Shown here: positions 8,307 to 18,244 of the stretch, in pieces
Layout: the number at the start of each line of letters is the position of its first letter
Numbering within the stretch: position 1 is the first letter of the stretch
The notes under the pieces: model-generated
Told to the model about the DNA's origin: nothing
Seen by the model: only the letters and a program-made list of their open reading frames with translations
Databases searched by the model: none
Made by a program: the position numbers and the translations under genes
Assembly: GCA_965218425.1 (NCBI GenBank)
Contig: OZ244621.1
Location: 416,001 to 480,000, forward strand
Reading direction: 5' to 3'
Source: an uncultured Candidatus Binatia bacterium
Lineage (GTDB): Bacteria; Desulfobacterota; Binatia; UBA9968; CAXXLF01
Length of the DNA stretch: 64,000 nucleotides

Positions 8307-10724
8307 ATGAATCTCTTTTCTCCATTGCTCCGCCCGCTCTTCTGGTACTGGTCACGTCAAGCGAGACCCCAGTTTAAAGGGACCACCCCCATGCCGGGGT
8401 TGACTGAACAGGTCAGGGTTCGTTGGGATTCCTTTGCGGTCCCACATGTATTTGCAGGTAACGAACAGGATCTCTTTATGGCCCAGGGGTACCTCCATGC
8501 CCAGGAGAGACTCTGGCAGATGGATTTAACCCGCCGTTTTCACTGTGGCCGCACGGCAGAGGTGTTTGGTGAGAGAATCGTACCCTGGGAAGAAATTACA
8601 GTGCGGATCAAGGATAAGACCACAGCGGACTTAGACCGTCTGATCCGTCTCATTGGGGTGCGTCGGTCCGCCTGCGACTCCGTCCGGCTCCTTCCGCAAC
8701 ACTCCTTGAGTCGAATCCAGGCCTACTGCGAGGGAGTCAATCGCTACATTGAGACTCATTTTAATCGTCTACCCTTGGAATTTCGCCTCCTTCGCTATCA
8801 CCCCGACCCCTGGCGACCGGAGGACTGTCTCACCCTTGAGAAGGGTTTTGCTATCCTCCTTTCCACGTCGCTGTTTACCCGCCTGGCGCTGACCGCCCTC
8901 GCGGACAAGTTCAAAGATCAGGAAGCAAAGTTGCGCTCCCTTTTTCCCTCCTACCCCGGCTGGGGAGCCAGCATCACCCGGTATAACCGTGAGAGCTTTT
9001 CAGAGACCGCACATGATCTGTTGCGCTTCATGGACGGCACTTTCTACAATAGCCAATGGAGTACCGCCGGCCAGGGAAGCAATAACTGGGCTGTTTCCCC
9101 TTGGAAGTCCTCAGAGGGAAGGCCCCTGCTGTGCAACGATCCACACCTGAGAATGACACTGCCGCCAACCTGGTACTTCATCCATTTGGAAACACAACCA
9201 GCCTCGGCAAACGCAGACGGTTATTGCGTCTGGGGAGCATCCATTCCCGGCTCTCCATGCATCCATCTCGGCCACAACCGCCGCATCGCTTGGGGAGCCA
9301 CTGCGGCCCTGTGCGACGACGCGGATCTGTATCGCGAAAAGCTCCACCCAAAGGAACCCAATCGCTACCTGGTGGGAGACCAGTGGAGGGAGATTGAACG
9401 TAGGGAAGAAACCTTTGCCATCAGGGGAGGCAAGGAGTTTAAAAAGTCTCTTCGCTTCACCCGCCATGGACCTATTTTAGACGATCTCTCGGAACATCTC
9501 GCCTCCCATGAGGCCATCGCCCTTAGATGGACGGCCCATGAGTTGAGTGAGGATTTCAGAGTCATCTACGGCGTCAACCGAGCGCGTAACTGGAACGATT
9601 TTCTGGAGAGCATCTGCTACCAGTGCTCTCCCACCCTTAACTACGTCTATGCGGACGTTGAAGGAAACATCGGCTACAGTTTGGCAGGGCAAGTTCCTTT
9701 GCGCTCCCACTCTCCCTCCCTCACGCCTTTACCAGGCTGGAGCGGGGAATTTGACTGGAAGGGACATATTGCCTTTCTGGAACTGCCGCGCCTTTACAAT
9801 CCACCGCACGGCATCATCGCCACGGCAAACAACTGTATTGCGGATAGCTCGTATCCTTATTACCTTTCAGCACTGTTCGATGCCCCCTATCGCATCGAGC
9901 GGATCAAGGAGCTCTTGCTGGCCAAGGAAAAACTCTCCCTCGACGACATGATGGGTATTCAAGCAGACGTGGTTTCCCTACAGGCCAAAAAGGTGATCCA
10001 TGTTCTCGAAACCGATCTCGACGAAATGGCACGCAAAGACGACTCGGTGGGGCAGTGCGTTCTAACGCTTAAACAATGGGACGGCGGCTGTCACGAACAG
10101 AGTACCGAGGCCGCCCTCTACCATGTCTTTTACCGACGTCTTATGGTGAATTTACTGGGACCGGAACTCGGCGAAGAACTGTTCCTCGCCTATAGCGAAA
10201 TATACAATCAGGCGCTGACCCCCACCGACGAGATCCTCAGTGATCCCAACTCTCCTTGGTTTGCCGCCAGCTCCCGCCAGTCCCTGGTGGAAAAGAGCTT
10301 TCGGGAGGCGTTGGCAGAACTGTCCGCACCCAAGGGAAATAATCGGGGGATTAGAAATTGGGGGAAAATTCACACTTTGACCATGGACCACGCCATGGGT
10401 CGTGTGGGGTTTCTCGCTCCATTCTTTTCAATTGGTCCCTTTCCAGCCTCAGGGAGTGGCGTCACGGTAAACAGCGGCTTTTATCGCCACTCCTTTCCCT
10501 ATCGGCAGGTGGTGGGGACCTCCCTCAGGATGGCGGTCACGGTGGGTGATTGGGAACGCGGTCGCTATATCCTTCCCTCGGGACAGTCGGGTCACCCCTT
10601 TTCAAAACATTATCGCGATCAGTTTGAGATGTGGCGCTCCGGGGACTACATCCAACTGGCCCACCCAGTGGAGGAGATGGAGAACTGGCCCAGCTTGACC
10701 CTAACTCCAGCGAATCCCAAATGA
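8307..10724 (+). CDS. Penicillin acylase family (Ntn-hydrolase) protein
   Basis: AQGYLHAQERLWQM, autocleavage GSNNWA, NDPHL, GQSGHPFSKHYRDQ. Confidence 0.95.
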   Translation: MNLFSPLLRPLFWYWSRQARPQFKGTTPMPGLTEQVRVRWDSFAVPHVFAGNEQDLFMAQGYLHAQERLWQMDLTRRFHCGRTAEVFGERIVPWEEITVRIKDKTTADLDRLIRLIGVRRSACDSVRLLPQHSLSRIQAYCEGVNRYIETHFNRLPLEFRLLRYHPDPWRPEDCLTLEKGFAILLSTSLFTRLALTALADKFKDQEAKLRSLFPSYPGWGASITRYNRESFSETAHDLLRFMDGTFYNSQWSTAGQGSNNWAVSPWKSSEGRPLLCNDPHLRMTLPPTWYFIHLETQPASANADGYCVWGASIPGSPCIHLGHNRRIAWGATAALCDDADLYREKLHPKEPNRYLVGDQWREIERREETFAIRGGKEFKKSLRFTRHGPILDDLSEHLASHEAIALRWTAHELSEDFRVIYGVNRARNWNDFLESICYQCSPTLNYVYADVEGNIGYSLAGQVPLRSHSPSLTPLPGWSGEFDWKGHIAFLELPRLYNPPHGIIATANNCIADSSYPYYLSALFDAPYRIERIKELLLAKEKLSLDDMMGIQADVVSLQAKKVIHVLETDLDEMARKDDSVGQCVLTLKQWDGGCHEQSTEAALYHVFYRRLMVNLLGPELGEELFLAYSEIYNQALTPTDEILSDPNSPWFAASSRQSLVEKSFREALAELSAPKGNNRGIRNWGKIHTLTMDHAMGRVGFLAPFFSIGPFPASGSGVTVNSGFYRHSFPYRQVVGTSLRMAVTVGDWERGRYILPSGQSGHPFSKHYRDQFEMWRSGDYIQLAHPVEEMENWPSLTLTPANPK

Positions 10725-10805
10725 GCTTCCCCTTAGACCCCTTCCAATAAAATGTTCCACGAAAAGACTTCCATAGTGTTTTTACGCAAAGAGGGATGCG
10801 CTTGA

Positions 10806-11003
10806 AAATCCGAAATCCGAAGCTCCAAATCTCAAATAAAGAAGACACTTAAACCCGAATATCGAAATCCAAAACTCGAGTTTCTCAAGTTTGTTGTCTT
10901 GGTCATTTGGATTTGTTTGGATTTGTTTCGATTTTCGGATTTAAAGTTTCGAATTTTTAATTCTTTACTCATTTTTGCTCCCCTTTGCGCCTTTGCCGTG
11001 AAA
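10806..11003. repeat. Long imperfect inverted repeat of 7-mers (AAATCCG / CGGATTT) plus a 9-mer half element
   Basis: aaatccgaaatccgaagctccaaatctcaaa ... tttggatttgtttcgattttcggatttaaagtttcgaattt; then ctttgcgcctttgccgtg. Confidence 0.8.
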
Positions 11004-11049
11004 ATCTAATGGATTATCCAATGAGGATAAGATAGAAAATTAACCTGCC

Positions 11050-11916
11050 ATGCCCGCCGCCCTGTTCGCTCTTGGCACTGCGATTCTGTTCGCCATACAT
11101 AACGTCCTCATCAAGAAAGGTCTCGCCACGTCAAATTCAACTACGGCGGTCTTTATTACCATTGGAATCAATGCGGGCTTTTTATGGCTCTTTGCAATTC
11201 TGTTCACCCCCCTCCACTACCTGGCCACCTCCGCCGTGCTCATCTTCGTGGGGGTTGGCCTCTTTCAACCCGGTCTGACCCGCCTGCTCACCGTAAAAGG
11301 CATCGATACCCTCGGCGTAGCCATTGCCGACCCCATTCGAGCAAGCACTCCGCTGTTCAGCTCCTTGACGGCGATCCTCTTTCTGGGAGAACAAATGACC
11401 TTTGCCATATTCTGTGGCACCCTCCTCATCATCGTTGGCGTAACCGTGCTTTCACATCAAAAGAGCGCCGGCCGTCCTCTCCGCCTCCTTTATATATCTT
11501 ATCCGATACTGGCCTCCTTAATTGTGGGCCTTTCTCAGGTGGCAAGAAAGTTTGGCCTCGTCTTCATCCCACACCCGTTCCTTGCCGCCGCTGTAACCGC
11601 CACTTCGTCCTTTGCCGTGATTTCCTCTCTTCTTTGGTTTACTGGGAAACGGAAGGCCGGACTTCGCATTACCAGGCAATGCCTGCCTTTTTATGCCGCG
11701 GCAGGAGTCTCCATCAGCATGGCCATGGCTTCACTTTACTACGCCCTCTCCTTAGGTGAAGTGATCGTGGTGATTCCCGTTACCAGCGCCGGACCCTTCT
11801 TTGCCCTGACCCTGAGCGCTATATTCCTGAAGGATATCGAGCATGTAACTCTTAAAATCGTGCTGGGAGCTTGCCTTATCGTGATGGGTGTAATGCTGGT
11901 AACTCTTTGGAAATGA
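11050..11916 (+). CDS. EamA/DMT family transporter
   Basis: About 10 hydrophobic segments, duplicated domain, ILFLGE and AIFLKDIE motifs. Confidence 0.9.
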   Translation: MPAALFALGTAILFAIHNVLIKKGLATSNSTTAVFITIGINAGFLWLFAILFTPLHYLATSAVLIFVGVGLFQPGLTRLLTVKGIDTLGVAIADPIRASTPLFSSLTAILFLGEQMTFAIFCGTLLIIVGVTVLSHQKSAGRPLRLLYISYPILASLIVGLSQVARKFGLVFIPHPFLAAAVTATSSFAVISSLLWFTGKRKAGLRITRQCLPFYAAAGVSISMAMASLYYALSLGEVIVVIPVTSAGPFFALTLSAIFLKDIEHVTLKIVLGACLIVMGVMLVTLWK

Positions 11917-11944
11917 CCCCGCCCTTCCTGCCAAGGCGCGTTTC

Positions 11945-12597
11945 ATGATATATTATTTTGATGTACCTCCGTTTCTTTGGATTCCCCCAGTAGTTTTCCT
12001 TTTCCTTAGCGTAGTTATTCCTTCCGGGTCCGCTGACCTTTACCGCTGGGTGGATGAGCGCGGGGTGCTCCATTTCAGCGATAATGAGCGCAACATTCCG
12101 CCCCAATTTGAGGAAGATGTCAGTAAAATCAGAGGCTTGTCACCTTCCAGGCCCTCCAATAACCCAGCCTTTACCGGCCGTGCCGCGGTACCCCTCAAAA
12201 AGAAAGGCATAACAGCTGTAGTGGAGGCAAGGATCAATTCCACCACCACGGCCAACTTTATCCTGGATACCGGTGCATCCTACACGGTCATCTCTGAACA
12301 GGTTACCAAGGAACTAAAGATCGATCTGGAGAAAAAACACCCAAAAATCTGGCTGCAAACCCCCAATGGCATCATCGACTTCCCTTTGGTAACTCCGGAC
12401 TCCATCGAGGTGAGCGGCCTCAGGGTCGATGACCTAGGGGCGACAGTGCACGATTTTCAAAGGACACCAATATCACGGGACTCCTGGGACTCAATTTCTT
12501 AGGCAAGTTCCGTATAGACCTGGACACGGAGAAAGGTGTCCTGGTTTTGAAAAAAAGCAACCCTTCCACCTCTCTCCTCTCCTCAAAAGAACCCTGA
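11945..12597 (+). pseudogene. DUF4124 + retropepsin-like (clan AA) aspartic protease, frameshifted near the C-terminus
   Basis: LYRWVDERGVLHFSD, FILDTGAS; adding one T at 12454-12457 restores SKDTNITGLLGLNFLGKFRIDLD to the stop at 12597. Confidence 0.8.
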
Positions 12598-12734
12598 ACC
12601 ATGGAATAGGCCCGTCTACTGGGCGCGAAATATAAGAGTGCAAAATTTGCACTGATGTACTAACCTCCAACATCATATTTAGACTCCTTTTGTTCGGCCA
12701 TGGGCCGTTTTAATAAAAGGAAAGGGAGGAAGGT

Positions 12735-13604
12735 ATGCCTACAGCAAAGGAACGTCGTGGATCACTACGCCGGCTGATGAAACGTCCCACACTGATCGTG
12801 GCACCAAGCTCGTTCAATGCCTGGAGCGCCTGTCTGATCGAAGCCATAGGTTTTGAGGCTGTACATGTATCCGGCAGTTCAATAAGTCGTGCTCACGCCT
12901 ATTCGGACCTGGGCCTTCTCGGAATGTCGGAGATGGTTGCCGTTCACGAGCGCATCGTGGAGGCTACTACCCTTCCCATCCTGGGAGATGCCGAGGCGGG
13001 CTTTGGCGGAGCCATTCAAACGGCACGCACCGTTCGCGCCTACGAACGCGCCGGTGTGGCAGCCATCCACATAGAGGACGAGCAGTTCCCAAAAAATGCT
13101 GGAGCTGACCATGCCGTGCTGCCGGTGGCGGGCATGGTGGCAAAGCTCAAAGCGGCCCTTGACAGTCGTACCGATGGCGACTTTATAATCATCGCCCGCT
13201 CCAATGCCCGAGCCTGCGAGTCCCTGAGCCAGGTGATGGATCGTGTATCGGCCTATGCCGAGACCGGAGTGGACGCCCTCTGGCCTGGAGTCCGGCTAGA
13301 AGACGAATTGAAGCAATTGGCCCCCACCGTTCAACTTCCCATGGTGGGAGTCCCACCGCGACAAAACATGTCCCTCGATGCGTACGGCGGGTACGGGTTC
13401 AGAATAGGATGTATTCCAAGCATCCTGGGCCAAGCAGCCACGGTGGCCATGGCAGAGCTTTTGCAGTCCCTCAAACAAACCGGTTCGGAAGAGGAGTACT
13501 GGAGGGCACGACCCGATACCCAACAGTGGCGGCAATGGTTCGGCAATTTAGGCAAGAAAGAGGAAGAAACAGTCACTCGAGTCGCTGGGACACCAACCAA
13601 ATAG
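12735..13604 (+). CDS. Isocitrate lyase/PEP mutase superfamily protein
   Basis: DLGL, GDAEAGFGG, AGVAAIHIEDEQFPK, IIARS. Confidence 0.9.
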   Translation: MPTAKERRGSLRRLMKRPTLIVAPSSFNAWSACLIEAIGFEAVHVSGSSISRAHAYSDLGLLGMSEMVAVHERIVEATTLPILGDAEAGFGGAIQTARTVRAYERAGVAAIHIEDEQFPKNAGADHAVLPVAGMVAKLKAALDSRTDGDFIIIARSNARACESLSQVMDRVSAYAETGVDALWPGVRLEDELKQLAPTVQLPMVGVPPRQNMSLDAYGGYGFRIGCIPSILGQAATVAMAELLQSLKQTGSEEEYWRARPDTQQWRQWFGNLGKKEEETVTRVAGTPTK

Positions 13605-13672
13605 GTAAGACTTTGGGGAAAGGTTTGTTTATACCCTTCCCCGCAAAATTCTCAAACTCAAGGTGCCAGCTT

Positions 13673-16447
13673 TTAGGAACAACCGCTCACGGCACCGCAG
13701 TTCATGCATTTATAGCAAGCGCCGCTTCGAATCATGATAGCCCCGCAATCAGGACAGGACGGGGCGTCCTGCTGGTAAAGATCCGTAGGAACACTCAATA
13801 CCGGTCGGGGCGCGCCGCCTCGTGGGGTCTGCGCCGGTAAGGAGACCACCTTCTTGTTGACAGCCCCTTCTTCGTCCGGCTTAATAATACCAACCTCCCG
13901 CTGCACCTGCCCATCCAAGAATTTAGTGGCAAGCCATCGGAAGATATAATCCATAATCGACTTCGCCATGGGAATATTCGGGTTTTTGGTAAACCCCGAA
14001 GGCTCGAACCGGCTATGACTAAACTTGTCCACCAGGACCTTTAATGGAACACCGTATTGCAAGGCCATGGAGACGGCTGTAGCAAAGGAATCCATGAGAC
14101 CTGAGATGGTGGAACCTTCCTTTGACATGGTGACGAAGATCTCTCCCGGCTGGCCATCCTCGTATATGCCCACCGTGATATAACCCTCATGTCCGGCAAT
14201 ATCGAATTTATGAGTAATGGATTTTCTCTCATCGGGCAGCTTGCGCCGGTAGGCACGCGGCTCCGTGGATTCTTCCTTATGCGACTTGTCCTCTTCTTTG
14301 GACGTATTTAACGGCTGAGTCCATTTAGAGCCGTCACGGTAGATTGCCACTGCTTTGAGACCCAGGCGCCAGGCCTCGATGTACGCCTGAATGATGTCAT
14401 CCACGGTAGCTTCCGAAGGCATGTTGATGGTCTTTGAGATGGCACCGGAGATAAACGGTTGGGTGGCTCCCATCATCTTCACGTGCCCCATGCAGTGAAT
14501 GGACCGGCTGCCACTGGGCGATTTGAAGGCGCAATCGAAAACAGGAAGGTGCTCTTCTTTAATATGCGGCGCCCCCTCGATGGTCTCGTGATCATCGATG
14601 TACTCCACAATTTCCTGTACCTGCCTGGAGTCGTAGCCCATTCTCTTCAACGCTCTGGGCACCGTGTTATTGACCATCTTTAAAAGCCCGCCACCCACCA
14701 GCTTTTTGTACTTCACCAGGGCAATTTCAGGTTCCACGCCTGTAGTATCGCAATCCATCATGAAGGCAATGGTCCCTGTGGGCGCCAATACCGAGATTTG
14801 AGAGTTCCTCACCCCAGCCTTCTCGCCCTCCGCACAGACGCGGTCCCACACCTCCCTCGCCGCAGTCAACAGATCCAATGGGACATGAGACGGAGAAATC
14901 TTCCCCATATGATTACGGTGCTTATCCAGCACACGAAGCATGGGCTGGCGATTGACAGCGTAACCGCCGAAGGGTCCAATTTCCTGGGCCATACGAGCAG
15001 ACTGGAGATACCCCTCCCCGGTCATCAGAGCGGTTAAGGCTCCCGCATAGGCCCTGCCAGAGTCCGAGTCGTAGGGCAGGCCCAGAGACATAAGCAATGC
15101 GCCGAGGTTGGCGTACCCCAGCCCCAGCTCACGAAACTTGCCGGCGTTGGCGGTGATGGCCGGTGTTGGATACGAAGAGTTATCAACCAAGATGTCCTGC
15201 GCCAATATCATAATATCCACGGCACGACGGAACGCCTCGGCGTCGAACACTGCATCATCCCGGAGAAACGTTAGTAGATTCAGAGATGCGAGGTTACATG
15301 CGGAATCGTCCAGATGCATGTACTCGGAGCATGGATTTGAGGCATTGATTCGTCCGGTTCCTGAACAGGTGTGCCAATCGTTGATGGTGGTATCAAACTG
15401 CATGCCCGGGTCACCGCAGAGATAGGTCCCTTCGGCAATCATCCGCATCAAATCTTTGGCTTTGTAAGTTGCGCAGGTGGCTCCTGTGGTGACGAAACGG
15501 GTGCTCCAATCCTGGTCATTGAGCACGGCATTCATAAATTCGTCGGTCACGCGCACCGAATTGTTGGCGTTCTGGAAAAACACGCTCCCATAAGCCGGTC
15601 CATCCAGGCTGGAGTCGTAGCCCGCCTTGATCAAGGCCCATGCCTTCTTTTCCTCCCCCACTTTACAATTGATGAACTCCTCGATGTCGGGATGGTCGGC
15701 ATCGAGAATGACCATCTTTGCCGCGCGTCGGGTCTTTCCTCCCGATTTGATGACCCCTGCGGAGGCATCCGCCGCCTTCATAAAGGAGACAGGCCCCGAA
15801 GCCGTGCCACCACCTCCCAACTGCTCTTTGGAGGAACGAATCCGGGAAAGATTCACCCCTGAGCCCGACCCTCCCTTGAAAATGACCCCTTCCTGGCGAT
15901 ACCAACCGAGAATGGAATCCATGGTATCGTCAACTGACAGGATAAAGCAGGCAGAGCACTGCGGCTTCTCTTCGATGCCGCAGTTAAACCACACCGGGCT
16001 GTTAAAGCAGGCCCGTTGATTAAGGAGGAGAAAGGTTAGCTCATCAGAGAATGTTCGGGCGTCCTCTTCCGAGGCAAAGTATCCATCGGCCGTGCCCCAG
16101 GCAGTGATGGTATTCACTACCCTGCCGATAAGCTGCCGCGCACTGCGCTCCCGCCGCGGTGTACCCAAGGGACCACGGAAATACTTTGAGGACACCACAT
16201 TGGTGGCCATCTGTGACCAAAATTTAGGAACCTCCACATCGTTTTGCTCAAAAACCACATTCCCTTTGTCGTTCAATATGATGGCGGACCGAATTTCCCA
16301 CTCCACCTCACTATACGGGTCAACCCCCGCAGTGGTGAAATAACGCTCCAGACTAAGCCCATGGCGCACACCAACTGCACTGCCGTTTGTCTTCGCTGTT
16401 ACTTCCGCCAATGCTGTTTCCGCTATCTCAGTTGCTGTCGTAACCAT
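13673..16447 (-). CDS. nrdJ: Vitamin B12-dependent class II ribonucleotide reductase
   Basis: QCSACF, ASNPCSEY, ACNLAS, LAPTGTI, GAISKTIN, C-terminal TSCPD-like domain and CxxC...CxxC finger. Confidence 0.96.
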   Translation of the reverse strand: MVTTATEIAETALAEVTAKTNGSAVGVRHGLSLERYFTTAGVDPYSEVEWEIRSAIILNDKGNVVFEQNDVEVPKFWSQMATNVVSSKYFRGPLGTPRRERSARQLIGRVVNTITAWGTADGYFASEEDARTFSDELTFLLLNQRACFNSPVWFNCGIEEKPQCSACFILSVDDTMDSILGWYRQEGVIFKGGSGSGVNLSRIRSSKEQLGGGGTASGPVSFMKAADASAGVIKSGGKTRRAAKMVILDADHPDIEEFINCKVGEEKKAWALIKAGYDSSLDGPAYGSVFFQNANNSVRVTDEFMNAVLNDQDWSTRFVTTGATCATYKAKDLMRMIAEGTYLCGDPGMQFDTTINDWHTCSGTGRINASNPCSEYMHLDDSACNLASLNLLTFLRDDAVFDAEAFRRAVDIMILAQDILVDNSSYPTPAITANAGKFRELGLGYANLGALLMSLGLPYDSDSGRAYAGALTALMTGEGYLQSARMAQEIGPFGGYAVNRQPMLRVLDKHRNHMGKISPSHVPLDLLTAAREVWDRVCAEGEKAGVRNSQISVLAPTGTIAFMMDCDTTGVEPEIALVKYKKLVGGGLLKMVNNTVPRALKRMGYDSRQVQEIVEYIDDHETIEGAPHIKEEHLPVFDCAFKSPSGSRSIHCMGHVKMMGATQPFISGAISKTINMPSEATVDDIIQAYIEAWRLGLKAVAIYRDGSKWTQPLNTSKEEDKSHKEESTEPRAYRRKLPDERKSITHKFDIAGHEGYITVGIYEDGQPGEIFVTMSKEGSTISGLMDSFATAVSMALQYGVPLKVLVDKFSHSRFEPSGFTKNPNIPMAKSIMDYIFRWLATKFLDGQVQREVGIIKPDEEGAVNKKVVSLPAQTPRGGAPRPVLSVPTDLYQQDAPSCPDCGAIMIRSGACYKCMNCGAVSGCS

Positions 16448-16478
16448 CTTTCCCTCTCTCCTCTCTAGTTTTTATCTA

Positions 16479-16525
16479 CCACCCCATATTGTGGAACACC
16501 TATTATGGGCCCCTATATATTGTGT
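16479..16525. promoter_or_regulatory. Two tandem NrdR boxes
   Basis: ccaccccatattgtgg (16479-16494) and cccctatatattgtgt (16510-16525) match acaCwAtATaTwGtgt, 31 bp apart, upstream of nrdJ. Confidence 0.85.
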
Positions 16526-16531
16526 TGTCAA
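16502..16531 (-). promoter_or_regulatory. Sigma70-type promoter of nrdJ
   Basis: TTGACA-N18-CATAAT on the minus strand, overlapping the second NrdR box. Confidence 0.65.
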
Positions 16532-16582
16532 GAAATAATTTAAGGTATATCCTTTTCTGCACGCATCGTTGAGCCCCACCAG

Positions 16583-17032
16583 ATGGAAAAGCTAGCAGAA
16601 ATACTAGAAAAATCCCTCAAGCGATTGGATCAGGGCGGTCGCCTCACCGAGCATGGGGTGTGGCCCATCTGGAACGAAACGGTGGGCATCACCATCGCCC
16701 GTAATGCCCAGCCGGAGAAGATCCGCAATGGCACACTTTTTGTAACGGTCTCCGGCTCCATATGGATGCAGCAGCTCCAATATATGAAAGAGATGATCGC
16801 CGACAAGCTGAATCAGCGCCTCGGTAAACAGGTGGTCAAGAACATCTTCTTCGTGGTGGGTAGAGTCAACTACGAAGAGGCTCAAAGCACCGCTCTACCC
16901 AGGCCTTCTCAACCTTCATCTGTTCCAGTCAAAAAGCTGGACGATGAAGTCCTTCACTCCATCAACGATCCGGCCCTCCGCCAATCCCTGCAGCGGCTTC
17001 ACGACGCCGTGTCACGCCGGCGTAGCCCCTAA
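16583..17032 (+). CDS. DUF721/DciA family protein
   Basis: WNETVG..IARNAQP..GTLFVTVSGSIWMQQL pattern. Confidence 0.85.
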   Translation: MEKLAEILEKSLKRLDQGGRLTEHGVWPIWNETVGITIARNAQPEKIRNGTLFVTVSGSIWMQQLQYMKEMIADKLNQRLGKQVVKNIFFVVGRVNYEEAQSTALPRPSQPSSVPVKKLDDEVLHSINDPALRQSLQRLHDAVSRRRSP

Positions 17033-17112
17033 AATCCCATTCGTTCCCGGCTAATTTAGGTGGCATACGGGGGCTCCCACCAACATTATCGTGGGTCAGC
17101 CGTGGTGAACGT
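17033..17112 (-). ncRNA. Candidate small structured RNA
   Basis: Minus-strand TTGACT-N17-TAGCTT (17145-17117) directly precedes a closed stem CGTTC..CGGCTGA / TTAGCCG.GAACG with internal hairpins. Confidence 0.35.
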
Positions 17113-17179
17113 TTGTAAGCTAAAGGCTTACCGCTCCATAGTCAATAAAAATCCGTAGCGGCACGCAGATAATCTCAAA

Positions 17180-17284
17180 CAGTGAGTAGCAAGCAGTTAG
17201 CAGAGGTGGGACACCAGGCGTCGGAAGTCGGAGGTCAGTCGTATCACCGGTCTCCGATCTCTGACTTCTGACCCCCCACCCACT
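17180..17284. repeat. Copy of the dispersed 7-mer hairpin element
   Basis: agaggtgggacaccaggcgtcggaagtcggaggtcagtcgtatcaccggtctcc aligns with 886-940. Confidence 0.85.
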
Positions 17285-17912
17285 ACGGCCTCACGCCCAA
17301 CATAGCGCTCACCTCTCCTGTGTACTGCTTCCCTTTGGAATATATAACCAGGGGTGCTATGACTTTAAGATCACTCTTGGCCCCTTTGACTCCCTCCACC
17401 AGGACCAGTGTTGCCGGGTCACCCGCAAAGGAGTGAACAAATCTCACCCGTTTGGGCTCCAATCCTTCATCTCTCATACCCACCATTAGGTCATTTGCGC
17501 GTGTGGCGGGATAAACCAGGGCCATCTTACCCCCTGACGCAACAAATGGGCACCCCCACGAAGAAAGTCGCCTAAAGAAGCCTTGACCTCATGGCGGGCG
17601 ATATACCGCTCCGGGTCGGGGTTCACCCGGCCGCTGTTCAGCTTCCGATAAGGAGGATTCGAAACCACAGTGTCATATTCACGTGGGCTAAACTGTCCCT
17701 CAACCGAGCGTACATCCCCCTGGAGTACCTCCACCCTATCCGTCAGGTCATTTATGGCGACGCTTCTTAGTGCCCTTTGGACCATGGACCTCTGTAATTC
17801 CAGGCCCGTCACTCGGACCGAAGGGTGCAGGGAGGCCAGAAGTAGGGGTATGAGGTAGCCCAGGTTTGACGGACACCTAAAAAGGGGACAAGATCCCCGC
17901 AGGAGGTGTTCG

Positions 17913-18203
17913 ATGGGCAAGCGAAGGCGTTTCACCCAAGAGTTTAAGTTGGAAGCTGTTCGACTGCTGGAGGCGGGCGCTCGGCCAGCAGCGGAGATTG
18001 CACGGGAACTGGGAGTACCTCGCAATCGACTGTACAAGTGGCAGGAGCAAGTGACGAGGAAAGGGGCGGCTGCGTTTCCCGGCACAGGTCGAGGTAGAGA
18101 CAACGATGAGGTAGCACGGTTAAGGCGAGAGCTGGAGCGGGTAACGGAACAACGAGATATATTAAAAAAGGCCGCAGCGTACTTTGCCAAGGAGCTCAAG
18201 TAA
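17913..18203 (+). CDS. IS3 transposase OrfA
   Basis: RRFTQEFKLEAV HTH, leucine zipper, ILKKAAAYF. Confidence 0.93.
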   Translation: MGKRRRFTQEFKLEAVRLLEAGARPAAEIARELGVPRNRLYKWQEQVTRKGAAAFPGTGRGRDNDEVARLRRELERVTEQRDILKKAAAYFAKELK

Positions 18204-18244
18204 AGTACGCGTTTATACGAGCTCACAGGACAGAGTTTAGGGTA

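Noticed and set aside
13673..16447. Intein in NrdJ
   Set aside because: Length and motif spacing are continuous; no intein splice motifs were seen
16448..16582. Cobalamin riboswitch upstream of nrdJ
   Set aside because: The spacer is short, has no B12 box and is explained by NrdR boxes and a promoter
17033..17112. HDV-like ribozyme, suggested by the terminal CGAATGGGA on the minus strand
   Set aside because: P3/L3 and P1.1 could not be built adjacent to the P1 3' strand
17486..18226. 246 aa minus-strand ORF (and 34926-35516)
   Set aside because: Chimera of IS3 antisense sequence with flanking sequence, not an independent gene
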